Source: a virus
IMG/VR virus record: IMGVR_UViG_3300027733_000040
Coordinates: 32,989-96,988 of that record
Direction: 5' to 3' (one strand)
DNA: 64,000 nucleotides
How positions within the stretch are numbered: the stretch's first letter is position 1; each line of letters begins with the position of its first letter. The position numbers and the translations under genes were made by a program. Below, piece after piece: positions 26,804-36,946 of the stretch. Under the pieces are notes generated by a model that saw nothing but the letters and a program-made list of their open reading frames with translations, did no database searches and was not told the DNA's origin.

Positions 26804-27356
26804 AATAACTTTAGAAAGGCTCAATGGTAACGATTTGCCGCTACCTAAATTCGAGACAAGTGGTTCTGCGTGTTTTGACATATCAGCATGTTTAACACGT
26901 CGGATGTCTGAATGCTTACTAAATGGAAGAAAAAAGCATTTTTTATATAAATGGCATGCTACGAATTTAAGGAAGTATGTTGAAGGACTAGAAGATGTAT
27001 TTTCTGAAGAATCAGAAATGTCACGGTTATACATTCATCCTAACGAAACCATTTTGATACCAACTGGATATAAAGCATCATTTGCTTCAGATTTAGTGTT
27101 AAAATTATACATCAGGTCTTCTATCGGTTTAAATGGTCTCAATCTAGCTAACCAAGTAGGGATTATTGATTCTGATTATCGTGGTGAGATCTTTATAGCT
27201 ATAAAAAACAATTCTGACATCGCCCAGACTATAAACCACGGTGACCGTATCGCCCAAGCAATGCTTGAATGTATAGTTAAACCAGAGATCATTGCTGGTG
27301 TCGTTGATCCCACAGCGCGCAATGATGGTGGTTTTGGCTCTACTGGAAGAAAATGA
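26796..27356 (+). CDS. dut: trimeric dUTPase with insertion
   Basis: all five motifs: SACFDI, RSS, GIIDSDYRGEI, GDRIAQ, RNDGGFGSTG. Confidence 0.93.
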   Translation: MYKITLERLNGNDLPLPKFETSGSACFDISACLTRRMSECLLNGRKKHFLYKWHATNLRKYVEGLEDVFSEESEMSRLYIHPNETILIPTGYKASFASDLVLKLYIRSSIGLNGLNLANQVGIIDSDYRGEIFIAIKNNSDIAQTINHGDRIAQAMLECIVKPEIIAGVVDPTARNDGGFGSTGRK

Positions 27357-27679
27357 CAATGAGGGGCACATATAAAACAGTAAAACCGGCGTATAGTGCT
27401 CTACTTGAAGCAAACAATTTAACATTAAATCAATATTGTAATCTGAAACCCAAAAATATACAAGAGATCATAGACAAAATACCTGGTACCGGTGATCGTA
27501 CCGTCAGGCATATGTTAAATGTCGGCCCTCGTAATGCTACTGAAACAGATATACTAAATTACTATGTTTGGAATGTCGCTACGCCAAGAATTAGAGCAGA
27601 GAATGATTTGGCTAAGTTACACAGCACTAAAAGGAATTCTATTTATAGTCAGACAGATGACATTATCGATTTTGATTAG
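27353..27679 (+). CDS. hypothetical protein
   Basis: ATGA overlap with dut. Confidence 0.6.
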   Translation: MTMRGTYKTVKPAYSALLEANNLTLNQYCNLKPKNIQEIIDKIPGTGDRTVRHMLNVGPRNATETDILNYYVWNVATPRIRAENDLAKLHSTKRNSIYSQTDDIIDFD

Positions 27680-27856
27680 CCTTTTTCGGTCGTTTTTGTT
27701 TCGTTTTTTTCTTTTGGCCGTTGTTGTGCCACTCATAGGGATCGCCAATACTACTAATATCATATTCACTAGGGTTCTGACGGTCCAGAAACGTGGTTGG
27801 TGATTTGTATTGAATTTCACTAATTATTTCTTTAATTTTCATGGAGTATATTTGAT

Positions 27857-28084
27857 ATGATTGAAAATTCTCAAGCTTCTTTTTCCGTGTGGACTTTAGA
27901 CGGAAAAGACTATTTTGAATTCAATAATGATGGGATTATAATTCATAGATTAGATACTGAACAGGCGGCCGTTGATGTGGCTAAGGATAAGACAGCCCAC
28001 CACTGGTTATTGCTAGATGATGATAAAGATAAATATACTGCAGGAGGCACTAATGACTCAAAAAAGATTTTCAAGCGTAGATGA
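27857..28084 (+). CDS. hypothetical protein
   Basis: GGAG RBS. Confidence 0.55.
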   Translation: MIENSQASFSVWTLDGKDYFEFNNDGIIIHRLDTEQAAVDVAKDKTAHHWLLLDDDKDKYTAGGTNDSKKIFKRR

Positions 28085-28679
28085 TATTCCTGATTTTATG
28101 ACGGCGGCTAAGGATTTTAGGAGTGATATAGAACAAACCAATTCACCGCTTTCATTGTTCGACAATGAAGCGCCTGATTTAAAGATGGCAAGAAAATTAG
28201 TCGATGAAAGTATAAATATAGTCGGCGCTGAAGTAAACATCTTTTTAAGAACCAACAATGATGATATTAGTGAAGTATGGGAAGAGGACGCTGACCCTAC
28301 ATATTGGAATCCCTTTAAGATAAAAGCATTTTTTAAGCCTTCTCCGATCGAACTGGAATTAAAGAAATCTGGCGTTGATGTAGAAAATAAAATGGAGATT
28401 TCGCTAAGTCACCGACAAATCTATATGGTCTGTCGCGAGAGGATGCTGCGGGCTGGTGATGTAATCAGAATACCATATAATAGCGCTCAAGTCGATTTAG
28501 CGCCTCGTTTCTTTAGAGTAACCAACGCTGCGCCATCAGGTAATTTCCGCTATAATTGGCTATATCTTTCATGTAAGTTAGAATCTATTACTGCCGATAT
28601 TACTGTAAGGCCTATGAAAGACATAATAGGTGACATAGAAATAATTAAGACAAATGGAGTGTACCGTGAGTCTCTCTGA
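28053..28679 (+). CDS. neck/head-closure protein (T4 gp14-like)
   Basis: ESINIVGAEV..WEED..AFF..RAGDVIRIP; AGGAGG RBS; position before the terminator and sheath. Confidence 0.65.
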   Translation: MTQKRFSSVDDIPDFMTAAKDFRSDIEQTNSPLSLFDNEAPDLKMARKLVDESINIVGAEVNIFLRTNNDDISEVWEEDADPTYWNPFKIKAFFKPSPIELELKKSGVDVENKMEISLSHRQIYMVCRERMLRAGDVIRIPYNSAQVDLAPRFFRVTNAAPSGNFRYNWLYLSCKLESITADITVRPMKDIIGDIEIIKTNGVYRESL

Positions 28680-28962
28680 TGATATAAGGAAAATGAAGTT
28701 ATTGGCTATAGCTAAAATAAAAGAGATTATTCCGGCAGTATCTGAAGGTATCAAGGACGATATTAAATCCCAAATGGATATTAAACTCGAGGTTTCTGAT
28801 TTAACAGATAATGCTGGCGTAGTCGAATCAGTGTTGGTAGGGAAAAAAGAATATCCTACTATCGATGAGCTTAAAGCCGAAAAGACCGATGCTGAAGATT
28901 ATATAAAAGATTTAGATGCCGCAAAAATCACAGAAATGGTGAAATCCTATGGCGCTCTATGA
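28654..28962 (+). CDS. hypothetical protein
   Basis: overlaps both neighbours within the neck module. Confidence 0.6.
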   Translation: MECTVSLSDDIRKMKLLAIAKIKEIIPAVSEGIKDDIKSQMDIKLEVSDLTDNAGVVESVLVGKKEYPTIDELKAEKTDAEDYIKDLDAAKITEMVKSYGAL

Positions 28963-29725
28963 TTTTAATCATGACACTTCTATAAATCCGGTAACGTTGC
29001 AGAACGTTCCTTTCGGACTGCCAAGGGATGCAGCTGTTAGTCAGCTTAGCGACAACCAAGGCGGCCGTAAAACTCTTACTGGAGATGAGTATAATACCTA
29101 CCCCCAGTATGTTGAGGATTTCATCACTCCGGGTTTTAGAGCGCTGGATGAAGCTGTAAAGCAGTATTGGACTGGCATTAGAGTACCGACAAAAGACGCC
29201 TATAGGTTTATGAAGGTCAGAATAGCTGGCGGAAGCAAATCGATATTAGTTTGGCGAGGAGATTTAAAAGACGGTAGAACTAAACTACCTGTCGCCGCCA
29301 TAAGCCGAACATCACACGAATTCAATAAGGATAAATTTAGCCCGACTTATCTATCGATGGGCCATAGATATTTAAATACTGCTGGTTCTTTGGTCGCGAA
29401 GCAATATCGCCCAGTTCCTTATAATGTCACTTATGAAATGGGAGTTTGGGCCGAACACAAACGAGATGCAGAGTATATATTATATCAAGTGCTAACTAGA
29501 TTTAATCCTTTGGCGGAATTACGGATGTTCGATGGAAAGCTTGTAGGCAATGTTCAGATGAAGCTTAACAGTGCCGCGGACAATAGCGATAAAGAAATAA
29601 GTAATGATTCTATGGCCAAGGTTAAATATGACTTCAGCTTTACAGCTGAAGCATGGTTGCCGCTGCCTCAAGTAGTGGTACCAGCTATCGTCGGCCAAGT
29701 GACAGCATATTATACACCTTCTTAA
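28949..29725 (+). CDS. tail terminator / sheath stabiliser (T4 gp15-like)
   Basis: LPVAAISR..PVPYNVTYEM..ILYQVLTRFNP. Confidence 0.7.
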   Translation: MALYDFNHDTSINPVTLQNVPFGLPRDAAVSQLSDNQGGRKTLTGDEYNTYPQYVEDFITPGFRALDEAVKQYWTGIRVPTKDAYRFMKVRIAGGSKSILVWRGDLKDGRTKLPVAAISRTSHEFNKDKFSPTYLSMGHRYLNTAGSLVAKQYRPVPYNVTYEMGVWAEHKRDAEYILYQVLTRFNPLAELRMFDGKLVGNVQMKLNSAADNSDKEISNDSMAKVKYDFSFTAEAWLPLPQVVVPAIVGQVTAYYTPS

Positions 29726-29733
29726 GAGATTAT

Positions 29734-30051
29734 ATGATGGAAGATAGAAAGAAAAAGCTTAAATCTAATAAAATCATCAGACGCCCTTCTGTACAAGACG
29801 CAGTCGTAGAAGATATTAAATCTACTAGAATGGTAAGAGTGTTTAATAGTTGCAAACAGATGATACCACTTCAAATGCGCCCTCCGGGTACTAGTTTTTA
29901 TCGCTACGAGCAACAAATCCGACTAAATCCCGGACAACATGCTTTATTACCTTTAGACCATCTCAGAGAAGACCAGATTGAAAATCTCCAGAAAAAGGGA
30001 TTTATCAAGATAATCTATGATTCTGGTTCGAAAAATTCTAAGCAAAATTAA
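29734..30051 (+). CDS. hypothetical protein
   Basis: ORF between the terminator and sheath genes. Confidence 0.6.
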   Translation: MMEDRKKKLKSNKIIRRPSVQDAVVEDIKSTRMVRVFNSCKQMIPLQMRPPGTSFYRYEQQIRLNPGQHALLPLDHLREDQIENLQKKGFIKIIYDSGSKNSKQN

Positions 30052-30089
30052 TATAAGTTGGAACAGCATTAAAAAAAGAGGAGTTAAAT

Positions 30090-32981
30090 ATGGCCGTATA
30101 TCTATCACCTGGTGTATATCCTCGTGAAATAGACCTATCTCTGGTCGCTTCTGCCGCCGGGCCCCTTCGCCCCGCATTTATTGGTACTGCTCAAAGAGGC
30201 CCCATAAATACCCCAACGTTTATTTCTGGCGCTGAATCTGCAATTAACACTTTTGGAACACCTTTTGTAGAAAGCTATTTGATGTATGCTGTATTGGCAT
30301 ACATGGAAGATGGCGATTCGTGCTATATTATGCGAGTAGGTGTTGAATATTCTTCAGCTTTACCAGATAGATTACTCGACGTATGTATTGACAATACTCC
30401 TAATATGACATATGGTTGGGGACGTATTCCAGTATTTACTGGCATCGATTACGGTAGAATTAACTTACGAAAGCCGACAGTTGCCGACCCAGTAGTATTT
30501 CACAATGCTAGCATCTCGACACCAGTCTTTCAGAACGCTGGTGCAGAATCTACAGCCCCAGATACTGAGGCTAGTCTTGCGATTGCTGGGACATATACTG
30601 GAACATTATCTGCTACTTACGTTTTAGAAATAACTAGCGATACTAGCATTAACCTTTCGACAGACTTGTACTATATGATAAATGGTGCGACCTATCGTGT
30701 GATCGATACTTCTTATGATAGTGCTGAAGATGGTTATGTGGTCGCTTCCGGCACTTTAGCGGACGCTTCAAACACAGGCACTTCGAGTTCTTTCGTCGTG
30801 CAGGGAGCGATTTTGACTGGTGTGATTACTGTCAGTTCTGGTAGGCTAAGCACTGGAGATATGTTCCAATTCGAATTGACACCAAATAATCGAAAATTCC
30901 GAATATCAGTAGAAGGTGTAGCTCATTCCTATGATGACACAGTCGCTGTTGGAGAGTATGATAACACTGCTGATCTAGTCGATGCTTTAAATGATGCGCT
31001 TATTTCTACTGGTGGCCATGATTTTGTATTTGTTTCGGCTGTCGATGAATCAGGCGCTACTGTACCGCAGATTAGATCTTCGGCTAATGGCGACAGGGTA
31101 CAAATAGTCAATGGTGAAGCTTGGGCCTTAACGCTTGGAGTTTCATTATATCAATATGATATACCTCGAGCACGAGTGATTTCTACCAAGACTGATCCGT
31201 ATGATATTACTACAGACAATAACCAATTGGTATTGAAGGTAGTTTCTGCTGCTTCTAGCTTTACTATCACTGCTAACATAGTGTCTGGTTTGGGGCAAGC
31301 AGCTGATAATTTAGCTGGTCAAATAAACACTTTCGGTAGTGTTGGCGGCTTAGACTATTACGAAGCATTTGCGATCAATGTACCTAATTCGTCCGGCATG
31401 GTGATAGTTATTGCCACAACGCCAAATAACGAACTAGATTCATTATTCTTGCTAGCTAATTTTACTAACATTAAGACCTTGCGCTTCACTGAAGAAGTCG
31501 GTCTCCTTTATCCTTATGGCGGCGCTTACCGCGGATTTTCTGATGAACGTGTTCTAATGCCTGTTGAAAGCGATGATCCTTCAATACCATTGTCATGTGT
31601 AACTGACCCAGTGTCTGACGAATGCGCACAAGATTCTGCATATTACCAAAGTATTGTAGGTTGGTTTGTAGGCACATCTGCCGGTACATGGATCGGAAAA
31701 TATGATGCTGTGAAAGACACGTATACAGGCTACACGGTTGGTGTGCAACTTGTTAACACCAACAATGTAGCAACTAGTCAGAAATATGTCATTACAATTA
31801 AAGACTCTTCAGGCTATGCTGTTGATTCAATAACTGATGTGTCATTTGATCCAACTGATGCGCGTTATATCGCCAACATTATAAACCCTGGCTCATCGAT
31901 CGGTGGGACCAACGGCAATGCGATTATTAATTGGATCGAAAGACCTTCCTATATTGGCGTTGGTGAAGACAGGCATCCTGCCTCGTTCAGCAACAGGCAA
32001 TTTAGAGGTATGGCTAACGGTATTCCGACCGATCCTGCAGATTCTGCTACTTATCTTGATGCTGCCGTGATTGGAAACCCAGCCACCAGCTCAGGACTTT
32101 ACGCTTTCCAAAACCCAGAAGCTTTTGACATTATGTTGTTAGCTATTCCAGGATTTAGTTCTGGCGCTGTGATTGGATCTGCTTTGCAGCTTTGCGAGAA
32201 TCGTGGTGATGTTCTGTTTTTGGTCGATCCTCCAATCGGTCTTAGACCACAACAAGCTATAGATTGGCATAATGGTCTTCTTTATGATGATCTCGATCGT
32301 GCTATCAATAGCTCGTACGGTGCTTTGTATTGGAGCTGGTTGAAGATCTTTGACCAATTCAGCGCTGAAGAACGATGGGTACCACCTTCTGGTCATGTTG
32401 CGGCTATTTTCTCGAGAACCGCACAGAACACGGAAGTTTGGTTTGCACCAGCCGGTCTTCGACGTGGTAGGATTCAGACAGCTCTTGCTGTTGAATATAA
32501 CCCCACCCAATCAGAGAGAGATCTGTTATACGGATCTGGCAATAGCGTTAACCCAATCGTTAGCTTCGCTCAAGACGGTATAGTAGTCTGGGGCCAGCGA
32601 ACACTTCAGCGTTCACCAACTGCTCTCGATAGAGTTAATGTTAGGATGTTGATGATTTATATTAAAAAGAACTTAACCACTATCTTGAGGAATTTCATCT
32701 TTGAACCTAATGACCGTACTCTTTGGTCACAGGTTTATAATGTCGTGAATCCTTTCCTATCTGAAATAGCTTCTAGAAGGGGTCTTTCTGGTTATAAAGT
32801 GGTTGTTGATGCCTCTAACAACACTCCTGAAAGGATCGACAGGAATGAATTGTGGGTCTCGGTGTTTTTACAACCAACCAAGACTGTAGAATTCATAGTC
32901 TTAAATATGGCGGTATTAAAAACCGGTGCTTCTTTCGCAGCTGAAGAATCTTTAGCCGCAGCTGGCCTAGTAACTGTCTAA
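30090..32981 (+). CDS. contractile tail sheath protein (gp18-like)
   Basis: YLSPGVYPREIDLS, WFAPAG..RG, VWGQRTL, DRVNVR, FEPND, QPTKTVEFI. Confidence 0.95.
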   Translation: MAVYLSPGVYPREIDLSLVASAAGPLRPAFIGTAQRGPINTPTFISGAESAINTFGTPFVESYLMYAVLAYMEDGDSCYIMRVGVEYSSALPDRLLDVCIDNTPNMTYGWGRIPVFTGIDYGRINLRKPTVADPVVFHNASISTPVFQNAGAESTAPDTEASLAIAGTYTGTLSATYVLEITSDTSINLSTDLYYMINGATYRVIDTSYDSAEDGYVVASGTLADASNTGTSSSFVVQGAILTGVITVSSGRLSTGDMFQFELTPNNRKFRISVEGVAHSYDDTVAVGEYDNTADLVDALNDALISTGGHDFVFVSAVDESGATVPQIRSSANGDRVQIVNGEAWALTLGVSLYQYDIPRARVISTKTDPYDITTDNNQLVLKVVSAASSFTITANIVSGLGQAADNLAGQINTFGSVGGLDYYEAFAINVPNSSGMVIVIATTPNNELDSLFLLANFTNIKTLRFTEEVGLLYPYGGAYRGFSDERVLMPVESDDPSIPLSCVTDPVSDECAQDSAYYQSIVGWFVGTSAGTWIGKYDAVKDTYTGYTVGVQLVNTNNVATSQKYVITIKDSSGYAVDSITDVSFDPTDARYIANIINPGSSIGGTNGNAIINWIERPSYIGVGEDRHPASFSNRQFRGMANGIPTDPADSATYLDAAVIGNPATSSGLYAFQNPEAFDIMLLAIPGFSSGAVIGSALQLCENRGDVLFLVDPPIGLRPQQAIDWHNGLLYDDLDRAINSSYGALYWSWLKIFDQFSAEERWVPPSGHVAAIFSRTAQNTEVWFAPAGLRRGRIQTALAVEYNPTQSERDLLYGSGNSVNPIVSFAQDGIVVWGQRTLQRSPTALDRVNVRMLMIYIKKNLTTILRNFIFEPNDRTLWSQVYNVVNPFLSEIASRRGLSGYKVVVDASNNTPERIDRNELWVSVFLQPTKTVEFIVLNMAVLKTGASFAAEESLAAAGLVTV

Positions 32982-33006
32982 AAACACTCAAAAGGAGAAC
33001 ATTAAA

Positions 33007-33606
33007 ATGCCAGGATTTAATATTAATAATAAAGGCGGGATGCCAGGCTTCGGCGCCAACGCACCTACCAACATTATGGAAACCAGAAGAACCTACCGAT
33101 GGTATTTTGAAACCATTGGTAGAGGTGCCGGTAATGGAACTTGGACAGCAAAAGAGCTGTTGGTTCTTCAGAAAGCTAAAAGGCCGACCTTTAAATTTTC
33201 TGAACTAGATATGCAACACCAGCAAGAAAAAGCATACTATGCTGGTAAGCAAGAATGGGAAGCTTGTACATTAACATGGTATGATGTTGAACAGGATCCT
33301 AATATTTCACAAGGCTTGTACATTTGGCTTGAGTCCGTGTGTCGTTTAGACACAATCGGTGTTAACCATCCAAAGAATTACAAGAAACAAGCAACGCTTA
33401 AATTAGTCGATGGAGCTGGTACGACTAATGAAAGATGGGACATGTATGGTACTTGGCCAACCAATTTTAATTGGCAAGAATTAGACTATACTGGCGATGC
33501 CATCTTGACTTGCGATGCGACAATGAGATACGACCGAGCCATCCGAGAGTGTTCTAATCCAACGCTACCTGGTCCTTTGGGAACAACATGCGCTCAGCCT
33601 AGCTAA
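33007..33606 (+). CDS. tail tube protein (gp19-like)
   Basis: RPTF..YYAGKQEW..LTWYD..W..YKK..L..ERW..GTWP..LDY..MRYD. Confidence 0.85.
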   Translation: MPGFNINNKGGMPGFGANAPTNIMETRRTYRWYFETIGRGAGNGTWTAKELLVLQKAKRPTFKFSELDMQHQQEKAYYAGKQEWEACTLTWYDVEQDPNISQGLYIWLESVCRLDTIGVNHPKNYKKQATLKLVDGAGTTNERWDMYGTWPTNFNWQELDYTGDAILTCDATMRYDRAIRECSNPTLPGPLGTTCAQPS

Positions 33607-33621
33607 AAAGGCGTATAAATT

Positions 33622-34260
33622 ATGCCAGGATTTTATATTCCGACTGATAAGTCGAAGTGTAATATAGATAGCATTAACAAATCAGGTCAGGAGTACGCGG
33701 CGGCGCGTACTCCTCATCATTTGATGGAGACAGCTAGAAATTACCGTTGGCTATTCGAGCTGTTACCAGCTTTCGATGGCCAAAATTTTAACGGTAAGAT
33801 ATCGTCCGACGCTCCAGGCAATCTCTTAATATATTTAAAAAAGTGCGAAAGACCCACAATGGATTTTGAAGAAATTTCAATCCATAATGGGCCTCGCACC
33901 ATGTATAGACCAGGCAAATTCAAGCACAATCCTATCAAATTAGATTTCCACGAAATAGTCGGACCATTATCTTGGGCCGATGGCCCTGCGGTAAGAATCT
34001 ATGAATGGATGAGAAAATTAGTATTTAAATCCGAGCAGGGTGTATATTCTAAATTTGTAGATTATTCGTTTAATGCAAAATTAGCGCTACTTGACGGAAA
34101 AGGGCAATTTTTACACATATATGAGCTTTTCCATTGTTTTCCTTTAAATGTAACACCATCTAATTTAGACTACGAAGCTGATTCAATCGGTAATGTCTCT
34201 GTCACTTTACGCTATCTGGATGTAAAAGAAACGAAAAATCCAGCTTATGCTGACGTCTAG
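33622..34260 (+). CDS. tail tube-like protein (gp19 paralog 2)
   Basis: ERP..RPGK..YEW..LLDGKG..YELFHCFP..LDY..VTLRY. Confidence 0.75.
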   Translation: MPGFYIPTDKSKCNIDSINKSGQEYAAARTPHHLMETARNYRWLFELLPAFDGQNFNGKISSDAPGNLLIYLKKCERPTMDFEEISIHNGPRTMYRPGKFKHNPIKLDFHEIVGPLSWADGPAVRIYEWMRKLVFKSEQGVYSKFVDYSFNAKLALLDGKGQFLHIYELFHCFPLNVTPSNLDYEADSIGNVSVTLRYLDVKETKNPAYADV

Positions 34261-34289
34261 ATATAATAAATAGCATAGGAGAGAGCAAT

Positions 34290-34829
34290 TTGCCAGGATT
34301 TATAATTGGCGATACTAAAGAAGGAAAAGATCCTAACTTTAAGTTAAATACTGTTACAGATGAGTATTATACTAATTTTTTTTGGGATGTATCAAATATT
34401 CTAGGAACTTTTGTAAAAAACCAGCAGCCCACCAAGTCATTATTAGCATTAAAAGACTGCAAATTACCCACATTTACAGTCGAAGAAGAAAAGGTTTTAG
34501 GATCAAGTGTAGAATACAAGTTCGCCAAGAAGGTAAATTGGGACGATATATCTGTTACATGGTATGATAACTTTGGTTTATTAAATATCATGAAAACATG
34601 GATGAATTCGGTTTTTACTATGAATAGAGGGATGGCCCTTGCGTCTTCATATAAAAAAGAGACTAAGATATTGGTTTATACGCCTTCTATTTCATCACGT
34701 CAGACTTATACTCTAAATCAGAGCTGGCCTAAAGCCATAAAATTTGGTGATTTAACATATACTAGCAGTGATATAAAAGTTGTCGAAGCCACCGTATCCT
34801 ACGATTGGGCACTTTACGCCGAAGATTAA
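34290..34829 (+). CDS. tail tube-like protein (gp19 paralog 3)
   Basis: LP..KFAKKVNWDDISVTWYD..YKK..SWP..LTY..VSYDW; TTG start. Confidence 0.75.
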   Translation: MPGFIIGDTKEGKDPNFKLNTVTDEYYTNFFWDVSNILGTFVKNQQPTKSLLALKDCKLPTFTVEEEKVLGSSVEYKFAKKVNWDDISVTWYDNFGLLNIMKTWMNSVFTMNRGMALASSYKKETKILVYTPSISSRQTYTLNQSWPKAIKFGDLTYTSSDIKVVEATVSYDWALYAED

Positions 34830-34895
34830 CAAAACAATTCTAAATTGTATATATAATAGAGCAAAAAAAATTCCATCTTATTTTAGGAAATCGAT

Positions 34896-35900
34896 ATGGC
34901 ACAAGAAGAGGATATTCCACTAGGTGGCAGCGCTAAGAATAAACCAAGACCTGAAAAAGAAGACCAGCAGGATGTTAGGATGGAAGCGCATAATCCTGAT
35001 CTTCAGAATCTACTTGGCGGCAGCAGTAATGAAGAGTTCTTACGGCAATTAATAGCATTACCAGAAGACAAGCTTATACCTTGGGAAGAATGCACACTAC
35101 CGAGCAAAGGGATTTATTATAATTGGCCAGATGGCGTCGTAATGGTTAAAGCCATGGGACAGACTGCAGAAAAAGTCTTAGCCACTCAGCGCTTGGCCCA
35201 GAGTGGCCAGTCAATTGATTATCTATTCAGAGAATGTTGCAAATTTCCCGACGGTTTTGATCCTGCCGATCTTTTGCTCGGCGACAGAGTGTTTTTGCTC
35301 TATTTTCTAAGAGGCATAACACACGGTAATCTTTATGAATTTATGATTAGCTGTCCAAATTGCGATGCTTCAGCAACTCACAAGTATGACTTAAATGATT
35401 TAGCTAATACTATAACTTGGGCTGACGCTTCAGTTGGCCGTGAGCCATTTAAGGTCATATTGCCTTATATGTCTAAAGTTACTAACAGAGAAGTGTTTGT
35501 AGGTGTTAGATTTTTACGAGCATCTGATGCCAATGAAATTCTTTCGCAAAGAAAATTCAGAAAGCAAGCTTATTCCAAGCCTGGTAATTCAGTACGATCT
35601 GGTAGCATTTTACCTTCACAGCGAAACAAGCAAAAGCTAGATGGTAATAATCTAGACGAGTCAATCACTGAAAATCTTGAAAAGATGATCACTAGTGTGA
35701 TGGGCATTACTGATCAGATCGCAATTCGTTCTTTTGTCCAAAAACTTCACTCTACAGACACGTCGACCATACGAGAATGGGTAAGAGAGCATTCACCCGG
35801 TATAGACACTACCGTTATCATCACTTGTCAACAGTGTGAGCACGAGTTTAAAGCGGAACTACCGATATCTGAAAGCTTTTTTCGCCCAGTTAAAGCCTGA
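34896..35900 (+). CDS. baseplate hub / tail assembly chaperone (gp26-like)
   Basis: LPSKG..Y, DLLLGDR..LRGITHG, CPNC, PGID..CQQC, ends with FFRP. Confidence 0.75.
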   Translation: MAQEEDIPLGGSAKNKPRPEKEDQQDVRMEAHNPDLQNLLGGSSNEEFLRQLIALPEDKLIPWEECTLPSKGIYYNWPDGVVMVKAMGQTAEKVLATQRLAQSGQSIDYLFRECCKFPDGFDPADLLLGDRVFLLYFLRGITHGNLYEFMISCPNCDASATHKYDLNDLANTITWADASVGREPFKVILPYMSKVTNREVFVGVRFLRASDANEILSQRKFRKQAYSKPGNSVRSGSILPSQRNKQKLDGNNLDESITENLEKMITSVMGITDQIAIRSFVQKLHSTDTSTIREWVREHSPGIDTTVIITCQQCEHEFKAELPISESFFRPVKA

Positions 35901-36126
35901 TGAATATGATAGGCAATATAGCAATTTAATGGAGCAGCAGTTTCTTCTAAAGAGATACGGCAAGCTTACGCTATTCGAACAAGCTGCGATGTCTTCTGAA
36001 GACAGGCAGTGGTGGCTTAAAAGAATCCAAGAAGAAAACGAAAAGCAAGCTGAAGCCGAGAAAAAAGCATCTTCCGGAGCTTCTAGGCCTAGCATGCCTT
36101 CAATGCCAAGTATACCAAGACGTTAA
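35878..36126 (+). CDS. gp51-like chaperone C-terminal ORF (possibly reached by frameshift; alternative ATG at 35929)
   Basis: LMEQQFLLKRYG..M..EDRQWWLKRI pattern; +1 frame overlapping the end of the gp26-like gene. Confidence 0.6.
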   Translation, partial: FFAQLKPDEYDRQYSNLMEQQFLLKRYGKLTLFEQAAMSSEDRQWWLKRIQEENEKQAEAEKKASSGASRPSMPSMPSIPRR

Positions 36127-36143
36127 TCTATCAAATATATGTT

Positions 36144-36932
36144 ATGAGCTGCTCATCACTATCATCTGCGTTTCCTAGAATTGCCGGAAGGCTTGGCCAA
36201 TATTTAGACCTGAATGTTCAGTTCTATAACTCGGGTCAGCCGGCCGAGCCCTATCAGATTTCTAAAATAGAAATTTATAAAACCGAAGTGTTAACTTCTA
36301 ATCTTGCAGCAACAATTGATATAAGCCAAAGAGATTCTACAGAATACCCTGCGCCGTTGTGTGTTTCTACTGATGTCGTGGGTGAATATCATTATCCTTT
36401 CTTGGTACCAGCAGATTTTATAGCCCCAGATGTTTATTTTGATGTGTGGTACTATACACCTATCGGCAATACTGGAACAGCTGGTACAGATCCGATTATA
36501 CTATCTAATCTTAGCTGCTGTCATAGGTTTTGGGTCTTTCCAGACGCATGGTTTTGTAATGATAAATTACAGACGGTGAGGTTTGGGTTTGAACCGATTG
36601 ACCAACAGTTCTATCAGCCAGAACTTCGAACGTTAGAAGTCGGGCTAATGCCTTTACCACTATATGATTATAATTTTAATCTAGTAAATCCCTTAATGCC
36701 GTTCTTGAATCCTACCATTACGATTCAGACTCAGTTTTGCGAAACTTTGGTCGACAAAGCAGCTTGCCGCATAGGGTTAAGGCAGGGTAGTTATCGCTCT
36801 AACCCATATGTTGTGCAATATGATGTTAATACCGCCGACTTCTTAAAAGGCACATATCAGTATCAAATCACTTTAAATCTTCCAGATGGCTCCTCTAGAG
36901 TTAGCAGAAAATTCATCCTAGTGATAAATTAG
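36144..36932 (+). CDS. hypothetical protein, probably virion structural
   Basis: beta-rich ORF in the tail module. Confidence 0.6.
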   Translation: MSCSSLSSAFPRIAGRLGQYLDLNVQFYNSGQPAEPYQISKIEIYKTEVLTSNLAATIDISQRDSTEYPAPLCVSTDVVGEYHYPFLVPADFIAPDVYFDVWYYTPIGNTGTAGTDPIILSNLSCCHRFWVFPDAWFCNDKLQTVRFGFEPIDQQFYQPELRTLEVGLMPLPLYDYNFNLVNPLMPFLNPTITIQTQFCETLVDKAACRIGLRQGSYRSNPYVVQYDVNTADFLKGTYQYQITLNLPDGSSRVSRKFILVIN

Positions 36933-36946
36933 TATTATTTATCGGG

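Noticed and set aside
27617-27820. Small minus-strand membrane ORF (and the overlapping plus-strand 27564-27803 ORF)
   Set aside because: The frames conflict, overlap the upstream gene and have no motif; cannot choose either with confidence.
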